From Octopus sinensis (lineage: Eukaryota), in the NCBI RefSeq assembly GCF_006345805.1, contig NC_043009.1, positions 10,912,001 through 10,976,000 of the forward strand: a stretch of 64,000 bases of DNA, read 5' to 3'. This document shows positions 50,999 through 62,909 of the stretch, piece by piece. The translations under genes and the position numbers were made by a program. Position 1 is the first letter of the stretch; every line of letters starts with the position of its first letter. The notes under the pieces are model-generated. The model saw only the letters and a program-made list of their open reading frames with translations, was not told the origin of the DNA and made no database searches.

Positions 50999-51323
50999 CC
51001 TTTATACAAATCTACAATTTTTCACTTAGAGGGCTTGCACTTTCTCTGGTCATTCAAAACCGCCCAAGGATGGTCGTGCACATCTTTACATTTCCCCAGT
51101 CACCCCGCAAAGCCATTAAAAAATCAATAAAAGTGACTTTTTTGTGAATTTTCTATCCAAAACCCAATCAAAATGCCCGAAACTTGATACGCCAATTGAA
51201 TGCCAGCTAGCCGTATGTGATTAGTCGGAGATTTGTACAGTACTCGCGTGTATGTGAGCACGCACGCAGATGTATATGCATGCACTAGCACTATGACCCG
51301 GCGTTGCCGGGTCATAGTGCTAG
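50920..51323 (+). mobile_element. Non-autonomous Helitron, 404 bp
   Basis: A|TCTCTATATAAATAA 5' end; 3' hairpin ending CTAG|T; AT target, no TSD. Confidence 0.85.
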
Positions 51324-51394
51324 TGTACAACTATTTTCAGTGAGATGAGTAATAGATATAAATCAGAGTTTCGTCATACATATATCTTTTATTT

Positions 51395-51740
51395 TTTACC
51401 TTTTCTTTGTTTTAGTTGATTGCAGCCATGCTGAGACACCATCTTGAAGGGTTTTAGTCAAACAATTCGGCACCCAGGACTTACTCTCTTTTAAAGCGAA
51501 GTACTTATTGTATCGCCAACATTTGCCGAACAACTAAGTTATGGGGACGTCAACATCAACGCCATTGGTGGGGAGCATACATAGATATAAAGATACACAC
51601 ACGGAAGGCTACTTTCAGTTTCCAAATCCACTTGCAAGGCTTTGGTCGCCTGAGGCTATAGTAGATACATTTCCTCAAGGTGGGACTGAACTCGGAACCG
51701 TATGGTTGGAGAGCAAGCTTCTTACCACACAACTGCGCCT
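51395..51740 (-). mobile_element. Diverged SINE family B
   Basis: Shared body motifs GCCATGCTG, TTTGCCGAAC..TAAGTTA.GGGGACGT and TTTCAGTTTCC. Confidence 0.8.
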
Positions 51741-51742
51741 GA

Positions 51743-51853
<111 letters not shown>

Positions 51854-51989
51854 ATGTGTGTGTATGTATGTATGTATGTATGTATCTAGATTCAGATGAA
51901 TATGGTACCTAAGTTGAGGAACCAGAATTTAGTAGGCTATTATCCATACAATTTCAAAATATAGTGATTAAAAGCAAAATAAGGACAAC

Positions 51990-52224
51990 TATGATGTTGT
52001 AGGTACAACATGATCTTCTATTTCCTTGACTTCTTGGAGATCTTAGGTAAAATTATACTAATGTGCATTCTGTTCTAATTTGATTAAATTCTATGTCTTT
52101 GTGCAGCTGAAGATTGCTCTACATTTTAAATTGATGTAATGGAATGCTTGCATTGTTCAATTAAAAGGAGTTGCATGAAACGATTGTACTGCATTACCTC
52201 TGGATATCCTTCTTGCTTATTTTG

Positions 52225-52226
<2 letters not shown>
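51990..52226 (+). mobile_element. Repeat carrying a long-loop hammerhead; 3' end shared with 24359-24502
   Basis: Ends GGATATCCTTCTTGCTTATTTTGAT before (TA)n; 5' boundary approximate. Confidence 0.7.
52101..52194 (+). ncRNA. Hammerhead with 55-nt loop II
   Basis: GTGCAG CTGAAGA TTGC..55 nt..GCAT GAA ACGATTGT A CTGCAT. Confidence 0.65.
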
Positions 52227-52281
<55 letters not shown>

Positions 52282-53255
52282 TATATATATATATGTGTGT
52301 GTGTGTGTGCACATATATATATTTATATTATATATAGATATATATATATATATATGTGTGTGATTGTGTATGTGTGTATGTTTGTGTGTGTATGTATGAG
52401 TTTATGTGTGAAGAATTATAAATAATCTATTGTCAAAAAGAGAATACATACATTAACTTGTAGTACAACACTTAGAATTACAAAAGAGAAAACTTGCACT
52501 GGATATTTCAAAATGCCTTTTTCAATAACACGTAGTTTTATGTATATTTGATAAATGATTTCCGATATCCGCTCTAGCAATTTCGCTATCACATGCAGAA
52601 CATGCTGTTATTGAGTTTTCTTTCTTTTTCTCTTTTTCAATCAGCCACGAACGAATTACAATATAAGAATGAAAAAAAAAAAAATCCTAATAAAGCTACG
52701 CTATTCCCTGAGCTATATAGATAATACTGTAGAATCTACGCATCGGAAAAAAGTTTTATATTCTGAGCTCTTACACAACAGAAAAACATCGTTTCGTTTC
52801 CAAAAGTCACGGAATATATATATAAAAAAAAGGCGTTGGAATATTTATGAGAGCTTGTGAATATAGAGAACAACCGTGTATGAGAACCCACCCTGAATAG
52901 ATACACGGCACCGGTTTTAAAACACTAAGATGTTATTTATATTGTTCGTATTTCGAAATCGTTTAATGTGACATTTATCACGGCCTTGGCTATATATTCG
53001 TATATATTATTTTGAATAGATTATATTTGCTAGTTGTACTGACACAGGTTCCCAGCACAGTGTAAACTGTATCTAAGTGTCGATTAACGGATGAAGCATT
53101 CGTTTTTCATGTACGCAAATAATATCAAACCAGCTAAGAATATCATTACACCATAATGCGCTTCTTGTATAATGCATCTTGAATATAAGTCCATAATACT
53201 GCATGACGTGCAGCATAACTTCAGAACAATAACTCACTGACGAATATATATATAT

Positions 53256-53320
<65 letters not shown>

Positions 53321-53509
53321 ATATGTATGTAAGTATATATGTATGTATGTATATATATATATATAATATATATATAGATTATATATATAAGAGTGTGTAT
53401 GTATGTATGTACGTATGTGTGTATGTGTGTATGTATGCATGCTTGTATGTATGTGCGTGGCTTTGCTATTCATATTAGTTAATTGTTATTGTCCAAAAGC
53501 AAATTCATT

Positions 53510-53715
53510 GCAGAATCGTTAGTACGTAGGACAAAATGCTTAGCTATATTTCTTCCATTTGCTTAGGTTCTGAGTTCCAGTCTTAGCGATGTCAAATTTG
53601 CATTTCATTTTGTTCGGGGTCGATAAAATAAAGAACCAATATACTACTGGGGACAATTTAATCGACTACCCCCTCCCTAATTACTGGTCTTGTGCGAAAA
53701 TTTAGTTCTATTATT
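53510..53715 (+). mobile_element. Diverged family C-like SINE
   Basis: GCAGAATCGTTAGTACG..TTCGGGGTCGATAAAATAAG..AATCGACT. Confidence 0.75.
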
Positions 53716-54056
53716 TATTGCGAAACTGATGAAAATTGCTCATTGCTACGGAAGATATGGCTAACTTTACGTTTAGCTAGATATCTGTAGATAAGACGTA
53801 TTTCTAAAGCGAAATATTTAGTATAAGATTCAATTTGTGAGACAATACAATGGAAAAGCAAGTTAAGGGAGACTAGGTTAATCGTGTTCCAGATTGTTTC
53901 ATCTTTTATTAGGCTACTAAAATAATTGGTGGTGATTGTGGGGGGAATGCAAAATGAATTAGAAATTTCATGCAGTGTTTTGTCAACGTAACATATTTTT
54001 CTATGTATGGTATCTATTCATACATACATACATACATAGCATACATATATACGTAC

Positions 54057-54108
<52 letters not shown>

Positions 54109-54494
54109 TATATATATCTGCATACATACATACACATATTGGGTCCTCCCATAAATAGTGCCGTTCTTTTTTAATTACATGAACTGAAAGTCGGAGGTGG
54201 TAGGATAAACTACCTGCATCATTTTGCTATAAAAGCAGGTAGTAGTATCCCCGCATCCCACAGCTAAAGAAGGCCTTCACCCACGTAAGGTGTTGTTATC
54301 CGTTTGGTGGCATATTAAAGGTTTAGCTTACTTTGAACATTTAAACCCAGACCAAACGACAACAAAGGAGATCTCCACCGAGCAGCTTCAGCGGTTTAAG
54401 TTAGCGCTAGAAGAAAAATGACCATCTTTAGTTTAAAGATGTTTAAAGGTGTTCTTCCATCAGGATAATACTTGGTACGTACGACTTATTAACA

Positions 54495-54620
54495 GACCCT
54501 CAGGGAAGGAAAGTGAGGTAGTTTTACGTTTCGAGTAAAGCTCTTCTTTACAAACAGAAAACAGAGGAACGTCCAATAGAAACGGAAGACGGAGGGAAAA
54601 ATTCGCCAACGATCCACATC
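54495..54620 (-). mobile_element. Family D-like repeat with degenerate hammerhead
   Basis: TTTTACGTTTCGAG..GCTCTTC shared with 7250 and 11087; core eroded. Confidence 0.6.
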
Positions 54621-54640
54621 TCTATTGAAGCACACATGCT

Positions 54641-54758
54641 TTCGGGGTCGATAAATTAAGTATCACTTACGCACTGGGGTCAATGTAATCGACTTCAACC
54701 CTTTGCTTGTCCTTGTTTGTCCCCTCTATGTTTGGCCCCTTGTGCGCAATAAAGAAAT
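54641..54758 (+). mobile_element. Family C SINE 3' half
   Basis: TTCGGGGTCGATAAATTAAGTA..TTTGTCCCCTCTATGTTT..AATAAAGAAAT. Confidence 0.85.
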
Positions 54759-55962
54759 GAAATATACTTACTTGCGTAAATATTTAGTACGTGTTTGTGT
54801 GCGTGTGTCTGTGTGCTTTGGTGTTTCGTGTATATACATTCACCATTACGCGCGTCTTATGAACAACATTGCGTCATCGAATGGCAGCAGTTGTGTTTTA
54901 TATTATGCATCAATATTACTAGACATTTAAAGTTCTTAACGCAGATTTATCATATCATAATGAATGTTATTCTCAAACTTCTATTAAACATAAGTCTGGA
55001 ATAAAGTAAGACTCGTGACATAGCTTTACAAAAATAATATTACATTGTCAAGATATTATTGACAGTCTATACAAATGTCACTTTGACTTTGATGTATGAA
55101 AGAAAATAAAACATAGTCTGGGAAGCTGAATTCAGTTTAAAACTTAATCAATGCAGATTCATCTTGGTTAATATTTAATTAAACAAGAACCTGTTTTCTA
55201 TGAAAACAATATTTACAAAAAAATGAATAAATAAAAAATAATAATAAAAAGAATTTCAATAACGAAATTCTGTATAATGGAGAAAGAAGATAACGAAAAA
55301 TAAGTCGACTTAATTAAAAGAAGCAGTTTGAGGTATTAACTTTGCATTTTTTTCTTTGAGTTAATCATCAATTAAAAATTGTTTATATTCAACCGACATT
55401 AATCTCAGCTTTGGGGAGATATATTACTGTCTGTCCAATAAACAGAACACGTTTATATAAGGAAATCAAAAATAGAAGAATGTTTTCTGTATTTCACCCA
55501 AAAATATCTGCCGTATTCGATGTGAAGTGCGATATTAGCTCTAGGAACTAAAAATTAAAGAAAACAAACAAAAATCAAACACAACACTGGACTGTAGAAT
55601 TTCCTGGTTCGTTAAATGTACGATTTCATCTACGATTTCATCTACGATTTCCTTCTATTTTCTGGCCTCAGTTAATTCTATATATCACATTCGTCTCTGT
55701 TTTTCATCTTCTTATAAATACATCTGGTAAATACGTTCCTAGATACAGTATCACAGTCGTTCATGGTGCTCGTGGTGAAGGTTTTGAAAGTTCTATTACA
55801 ATTTAGTCTTCCCTGTCTCAATAACCGGATGATCATTTCGCTAATAAATTGCTCTGGGTGTCTACAACAGAGCCTTGGAAGATGACGTCATACACTGCGA
55901 CCCTGTTTGTCAAATGGGTGAAACCGCCATAAATCAATCGAATATTAATGAAAATCATTATA

Positions 55963-56760
55963 CGTGGTCTGATCAATAAGTATCCAGACTGTTGCCATAG
56001 TAACGATGCTAAAGCACGCAGAGTAAAACCGCTTGGCACAGATTGACCTTCAAATATGTTGTGCATACGCACTAAGTTTTAACGTTGTAGGTCACTTGCG
56101 CTGTTTGCAGCAGTGCTTGGAAGGAAGGTGTGTAACGTGTGATCATCGCATTGAACATGACAGAAAATGTTGAGCAGACAATCAACATCGAATTTTGCCA
56201 AAAGCTTGGCAATACCTGCTCAGACACCTACGGAAAGTTTTCAAAATGTTTTCATCGTTCTCGACACAATCAAGGATATCTTGTACACCTGAAACCCGAG
56301 TGTCTTTTAGGTCAGCTGAAAGTATTTTTGGCACGAACTTGGCAGACACACATCTCATACTCAAATCGTCAGTGATAATGGACTGAACTGAACCGTTACT
56401 GATCTGCACATCCTGTGATAAGTCATCGATGGTGATTCGACGATTTCCCCTCACAGATGCACGCCCATCTGCGATGTTTTCTCAGTTCTACTGCTGGTTG
56501 CGAGTCTCCTAGAGCGTCCGTCACTATCGACAGTTTTTCGGCCATCTTGGAAACATCTGGACCACTCGTATACTTGCGTGCTGCTCATACACTCCTCTCG
56601 ATACACTTTCTGTAAAATTTACTTAGGCCTCTGAGTAGGTATCACCATGACGACATACTCTGTCATGGTCTCTGAATCATACGCTACACACGTTCCTTCT
56701 AATCACTGCTGTGAACAATGGACGTGAGCTAGAACATTAAAACTTAGTGCACTTTCATCT
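55963..56760. mobile_element. Fold-back mariner derivative (two left ends facing each other)
   Basis: Plus strand: TIR, leader, MTENVEQTINIEFCQKLG. Minus strand: leader, KVYREECMSSTQVYEW..RRITIDDL..MRCVSAKFVPKIL. Confidence 0.8.
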
Positions 56761-56771
56761 TATAGCAAAAA

Positions 56772-56972
56772 CAGCGGTTTACAGAAAACAAAAGACGAAG
56801 ACAGGTGGGAGAATAACATACAAGTGTATTAGCTTGAGGCTCTGGAGGAACTGAAAATTCTTCGATATTTCCAGCCTACGCTCTTTGACTGAAAGGGATG
56901 ATAGGTAAAATAATGAAAAGAGAGCTAAAATACGGGGAGAGAAAAAATGAGTTAGGATTAACGGCTTAACAT
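56772..56972 (-). mobile_element. Diverged family D repeat
   Basis: AAGACGAAGACAGGTGG..AGCCTACGCTCTT..GAAAGGGA matches 7162 and 11001. Confidence 0.75.
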
Positions 56973-57045
56973 GATGAAGTGACCGGAAGAAAAAGGTTGA
57001 GTGAAGGGGAATTAATAATCACACACATGCACACACACATATATA

Positions 57046-57130
57046 CGAGGTCTGCCCAATAAACAGCCGGGGTGTTGCCATAGTAACGAAGCTGAAGTAC
57101 ATGGAGTAAAGCCGTCTGACAAAGATTAAT
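57046..57130 (+). mobile_element. Isolated mariner left-end fragment
   Basis: TA|CGAGGTCTG..AATAA..TGTTGCCATAGTAACGAAGCT matches 55963. Confidence 0.75.
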
Positions 57131-57300
57131 TTACTGCTGTAATTTATGCGATGTGTCATTTGTTTGTATAAAATAATAAAATTGAATTAAATTTATCATT
57201 TAATGATTAAATTGTTTAATTGCCGAATTTATTGTTTTGGTTTCCATTTCTAATCTACACACACATACACACACACACACCCACGCACCCACACACAAAC

Positions 57301-58458
57301 ACACGACAAAAATAATAGACACCCTTATAATCATTAAAATTTATTTAAATCTGAAATTATACATTCAAGTTATTCATTAATAGTTATCACGTGAATATTT
57401 AATATTTAGTTGTTATGCCCTTTGCATTTTTCAGTGCAAGGATCCTATTAGTCATCAGATGACAAATATTCACTATGCAGAATTTCTAGCGAAGCCACAT
57501 TCATTAATCTCAAAAGACTGGCTTTGAAGATGCTTTTTTTCTTCATTTTATACCGTTTCCTTTCCATTATGCCCCGAGAGGTGTTCAATAGGGTTCATAT
57601 CTGGTGACTGGTTTTGCCATGGAAGTATTTTTAATACCATTCTCACCCAACAAATCTTGCATAAATAAAGAGTCTTCTTTAATCATTTCACCGTAGAAGT
57701 CCTTTTTGCAATATTGACACATATTCATCTAAATTTGTTTCTCTCACACTCCACCACCTCTGACCAAACATTGCCTTAAATTCCCCCCAGACCATTAGAG
57801 AATAACTGCAGTGTTTTACTGTTTGCTGCAATCTTTTTACATCAAATTCTTGATCACAGAGTCTCCAGACCCACACGCGACCACTGTCAGGAAATACAGC
57901 AAATCTGGACTCAGCAGAGAATATGACAGTGTCCCAAAATACTCGTGGACTCTGTACCATCTCACTGGCCCAATCTTTTCTCCGCTTGATGTTGGCTGGT
58001 CGAAGAAGTGGCTTCCTTCTTGCTGCTCTGACATAGTAGCCAAGTTAGTGGAGATATCCGACAGCTGTTCTGGGACTGAAACCAGCTTGTTCTGCTATGT
58101 CAGAGGCCTTGCAGCGGAGATTATGTCCCACACTCTCATAGGGCCCTGGTTGATCTGGCCAAGGTGATGTGAACTTCTTCCCCTCTCTGATCAATTACAC
58201 AATTACTCTATTAACTGTAGAAAGCGGGATCCCAAGGTTTTCTGCGATTTTATGCTGACTGTGACCCCCTTCAGAATGAGCCACAATACGGCCTCTTTGA
58301 AATTCAGAGAGTCTCTAGGTTTCTTTTGTACACGGCATGATTAAATAGACACATATAGAACCTGAAACATGAAAATGTCAATTGATAATTAATATATACA
58401 TTTACAAGTTAGAATAAACATAAAAGGATGTTTTATGGGTTGACTATTTACTTCTGTG
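57301..58458 (-). mobile_element. Tc1-type transposon relic
   Basis: WDTVIFSAESRFAVFPDSGRVWVWR..LQQTVKH..LMVWG; ends CACGACAAAAATAATAGACACCC vs reverse complement CACAGAAGTAAATAGTCAACCC. Confidence 0.85.
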
Positions 58459-59174
58459 TATATACACATGTGTATGTGTATGTGTGTGTGCGTGTGTGTG
58501 TGTGTGTGTCTTTGTGTGTGTGTGTGTGTGTAGTTAAATATACATGGAGAGATATGTCTATAAAATTTGATTGAACGCTACACTTACGCATATACTCACA
58601 TTTGTATAAAATATCTGCAGATGCATGGATATCGCTGAATCAAATTTTCGAGAAGAATTTTGATTAACGAAGCGGTTGTACCTTACTCATGCTTAATACT
58701 TAACAACCTATCCCCACCATTTATAGCCTTCTGTATTTTATCCCAAACCCCCGAGGTAAATAGTTGTTATGATATCCACCAGTTTATTTTAGTTTGAACT
58801 CATACGGCAGAAATGTTTTTAAAAAAACGCACTCGACTAAATACAGGTGTTATTTACATTATTCTACAAGAGTTTATCCTTGTATACTCAGGTGTGTTGT
58901 AAACATAGTTTCTCACCTATCTATGATGATGAATACATAAACTATAATCTCTGAGTTCACCTGATATACATTCTTCTTAATTCGTATTTACGTCTCGTTA
59001 CGTTTATCGGTGAACACATGACAGTAAAAAGGTCAGAGCAAGAAAAACAACAACAAAAAAACCCAAAAACGAAAAGAAAACAAACGCGAAAGTTAAACAT
59101 GGACTGTTAAATGGAAAGAAGGAATATATATATATATGTAATATATATGTATATATATATATATAATATATATA

Positions 59175-59219
<45 letters not shown>

Positions 59220-59271
59220 TACATATATATATACATATATATACATATGCATATATATATATATATATATT

Positions 59272-59305
<34 letters not shown>

Positions 59306-59306
59306 C

Positions 59307-59339
<33 letters not shown>

Positions 59340-60213
59340 GGTTGTTCTGAAAATGGAAAAGAAAAGAAAAAGAGCAAAAACATAAAATCTATTTCCTTTG
59401 TTTCAATGCAACTATAAAAAGAACATCTATAATACGCGATATTGTCAATTTTATAAACATCCATTATAGAGCTACTTCTAATGTAAATGCCAAATTCAGA
59501 CCAGTGGGGTTTTTAGCTTAGTAACTCGCTTAAATAGCTTAACCGGATGTAAGTTTGAAGATAACATGCTAAGCGTAAATTCATTAATAGGTTTATCTAT
59601 AATAGCAACAAAGAAAAATGACGACCAAATAAACCTGTAGATAAACGAAAAGCTAAATAGCTAGTAATTGATGTTTTATCAATTAAGTTAGCCAGATAAT
59701 AATATTAATAAGAAAACTGCTTGAAGTTGTTTTGTTTACTAGAAAAAAAAAGAAGCTTACAAACAATGATGTCTAAGTACAGCATCGTGGAGATGATTTA
59801 TCGAGTTCAACACATCCTTTTCCTCAGAATTTACATTTAAGTAGAAATAACAATTTATATACTCAGCTGAAACGCATTTTTATTTGTAGAATCTGCCACA
59901 GGTTGTGTACGATATACAAACAGTGTGGTCGTATATGTGTGGAGGGATTCCTCTCTCTTCTCTCTCTCTTTTTTTTTCTGTGTGTCTCTCTCTCTCTCTC
60001 TCTCTCTCTCTTTATATATATATATATATATATATATTCATATATAGATAAGAAAGTTGGTTTGTGAAAGCACGTGGGTGAATATATAGAAAATAGTAAA
60101 AGGTGAAAAAAACTACAGAAGGCTTAAATTTAAAAATATATATATTTGCGTCAATGTCTGAAGAATATTAAAAAATTTAAAAAACATTTTTTCTCTTATA
60201 ATGACAAATTTAA

Positions 60214-60252
60214 AAGAAAGACCGGTTTCGCGTTTAGCTTTTCAAATTTCTT
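60214..60252 (-). ncRNA. Hammerhead-like motif with U3-A8 core downstream of a GIY-YIG relic
   Basis: Reverse complement: AAGAAA t TTGAAAA GC taaac GC GAA ACCGGT C TTTCTT; one extra nt before the core, 2-bp stem II. Confidence 0.45.
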
Positions 60253-60360
60253 GCGACGTTTGTTTATGTTGAATAGAGTTATCGTTATGTTTATGTTCAG
60301 GAGAGTTCTAAATAAGGGGAGGTAGTGAGTGATTTCTTCCGGTGTAAGGGAGATAATCGC

Positions 60361-60635
60361 TTAAAATTTTTTTCCTTTCCCTTGGTGTGAATTTCTCTGT
60401 ATCAGTATGTTCGGATGGTTGAGTCTGGGCTTGTACTTTTCAATGAAGAATGTTTCCTTGTTTAGTCTAATTTGTGTTGATGATCCGAAAGCACATTGGT
60501 AAAATGGAAAGATTAAAAATTGTGGTAGTAGTTGCTTTGCGCATTTCTCAATGTGCTCACTAAAAGGTATCATTCTATATTCTGGGAATGCAATCTGTTG
60601 TCCATGCAGTGTTGCATCTACGTCTGAGTGATAGT
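60361..60635 (-). pseudogene. PLE GIY-YIG endonuclease C-terminal relic
   Basis: TLHGQQI..YRMIPFSEHIEKC..FLIFPFY..RLNKETFFIEKYKPRLN; truncated upstream by a SINE. Confidence 0.85.
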
Positions 60636-60649
60636 CATATATATATATA

Positions 60650-60810
60650 GGCGCAGGAGTGAATGTATTAAGAAGCTTTCTTCCCAACTACATGGTTGCG
60701 GGTTCAGTCCTACTGCGTGGCATATTGGGAATTGTCTTCTATTACAGACTTAGGCCGACCAAATCCTTGTGAGTGGATTTGCTAGGCGGAAACTGAAATC
60801 AACCCATCGT
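60650..60810 (+). mobile_element. SINE family B, 5' part
   Basis: GGCGCAGGAGTG..GGGTTCAGTCCTACTGCGTGGCA..GGCCGACCAAA..GGAAACTGAAA. Confidence 0.85.
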
Positions 60811-60834
60811 ATATATATATATAATATTATATAT

Positions 60835-60879
<45 letters not shown>

Positions 60880-60934
60880 CTGCATGCATGTATATATATA
60901 GCGAACCCTGGTTATTGCTCTAGGAGTCGGGTGC

Positions 60935-60982
60935 TCGTGACTGAGGATTAGCCAACTGCCCGAAACTGAGTCAGTCTCACGA
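60935..60982 (+). ncRNA. Hammerhead motif with weak stem II
   Basis: TCGTGA CTGAGGA ttaGCcaactGCcc GAA ACTGAGTCAGT C TCACGA; 6-bp stem I, near-palindromic stem III, GUC triplet. Confidence 0.6.
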
Positions 60983-62109
60983 TCTCGTTGTCTGCTAGAG
61001 TACAGTAAGCGTTCGCTCCCCACTGCTAGCAGTATATAGTGTATATATATGGGGGCAGCGTCGCACCGATAACCAGCTAGCGGACCATCTGCCAGGGGTT
61101 AAACAAGTAGCGACACGGATCAGACACTCTGATGTGGCGATTGACTTTACTTATATATATATATATTCCTATTTTGCCGAAAGTTGGTATATGTATGCGT
61201 CTTGAAGTATAGTTGCATCAATTTACATTAATATTCAAAATTAAAATATCATCATGGTCTACATTGGCTTTCATACTCTTTCGGAATCAATAAAATTATT
61301 ATCAGGAGTCGATTCAATCAAATGTTCGCTTCCTTGAACTAAATACCTTTGTGCCTATCAATTAAAAAAAATCCCAAAAGAATCTCTTAGTGCTCTACGT
61401 CAAGGGAGTTTGGATACGATTGTATGTCAAGGGGAACGGATCGTTTTGACAGCTGAAGTTTGGTCCTTCGTGTGCGTGAGAATATGTCTTTTTCTATTAA
61501 AAATTGTAATTTCCCTCTGAAATGCAAGACCAACTCAGAAATGTGAGTTATCTTTTTCCCACACAACAAACAAATCTATAAAAAATCTTGAGACAGCCTT
61601 ATCGATTTGTGGAATTGTCAGAAGTGGAAGAAATCCCTTAAAGAAATAATATCCGTTTAGCCATAGCCATAAATCATACAGTGATCGAGATGGTAAAATA
61701 TATAACAGCTTGAAACATGCTTAAACTATTGACAATTCATGGAAACAGTGGCCTATCAGAGAATTTTTCAATCAGTGAGAAAATTAGTCATCAATATTGC
61801 AAAATACAACAAAGAAAGGTGTATTCATGAAAAAGCTCCACAGCACATTTCATGACTGCCTAATTTTGCTTTATAGATCATGAGTGCGAATTTATGAACC
61901 TTACTCATCTATGAAAAGGGTGTACCAGTCATATAAAAAGGTCAACGTAATGCATGGTCTTGTATCTGCTACTAAAATTCAATTTGTGAATATGATTATA
62001 CTTTCAATTCATCATCATGTATATATACGTACAAACATATTTTATATGGACAATATATATATATATATATATATTAATATATATATATTATATGTATGTA
62101 TGTATATAT

Positions 62110-62587
62110 GTATATGCATCAAATGAAATCAAAAACAGAATACAAAGGATGTCGCAGTACACATGTTTCAAGCTTTATAAAACGACCTATTCTTACATCA
62201 TTGTATAATCGACATAAAGGATGGTTTAAAGCCCTCTTCAGCCGCATGCAATTGCTATACCAGAGACTTACATCACTCTATGTTGACTGATGATACAGTA
62301 TGGACGGATTTTCGAAGTCCAATGATACCCTACACACCTATTTGGCTATGATGATTTACAAACACACTTTCTCAGTGAGACTCGATATACCTACAATTAT
62401 GTACCTTTCGGATTTTTCATATCGTGATGTAAGTCTTTGGTATAACAATTGCATGCGGCTGAAGAGAGCTTTAACCATCATTTATGTCGATTATACATTG
62501 ATGTAAGAATAGGTCGTTTATAAAGCTTGAAACACGTGTACTGCGACATCCTTTTTGTTCTGTTTTTGATTTCATTGATACATATAC
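62110..62587. mobile_element. Fold-back pair (~165-bp arms, ~147-bp spacer), each arm carrying a long-loop hammerhead facing outward
   Basis: Arms 62110-62276 / 62424-62587; HHRs at 62153-62246 (-) and 62454-62545 (+). Confidence 0.88.
62454..62545 (+). ncRNA. Hammerhead with 49-nt loop II
   Basis: TGCGG CTGAAGA GAGCTTT..49 nt..AAAGCTT GAA ACACGTGT A CTGCG. Confidence 0.75.
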
Positions 62588-62874
62588 CCTCTCACCTCTG
62601 CTACTAACTGGCGTATACAGGTGCTTATACTTACCAAGTATTCACCCTGAATATATAATATATATATTATATATATATATATATATAGGTATGTATGTAT
62701 ATATGTATATATATATATATATATATACATAACAAGTAAAAGTTTATATTTTTCACTCCCTTCGAAATTTTGTCTTAAAATGTGGTTTTGGTCGTTTTGA
62801 CTGTGTCTTCTATCGTATAAAAATTACCTATTAAAGGTAGTTTACTCTTGTGTTTAAATGTACACTATTTTAAA

Positions 62875-62909
<35 letters not shown>

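Noticed and set aside
62285-62320. CTGATGA in the spacer of the 62-kb fold-back
   Set aside because: No stem II, stem III or stem I can be formed around it.
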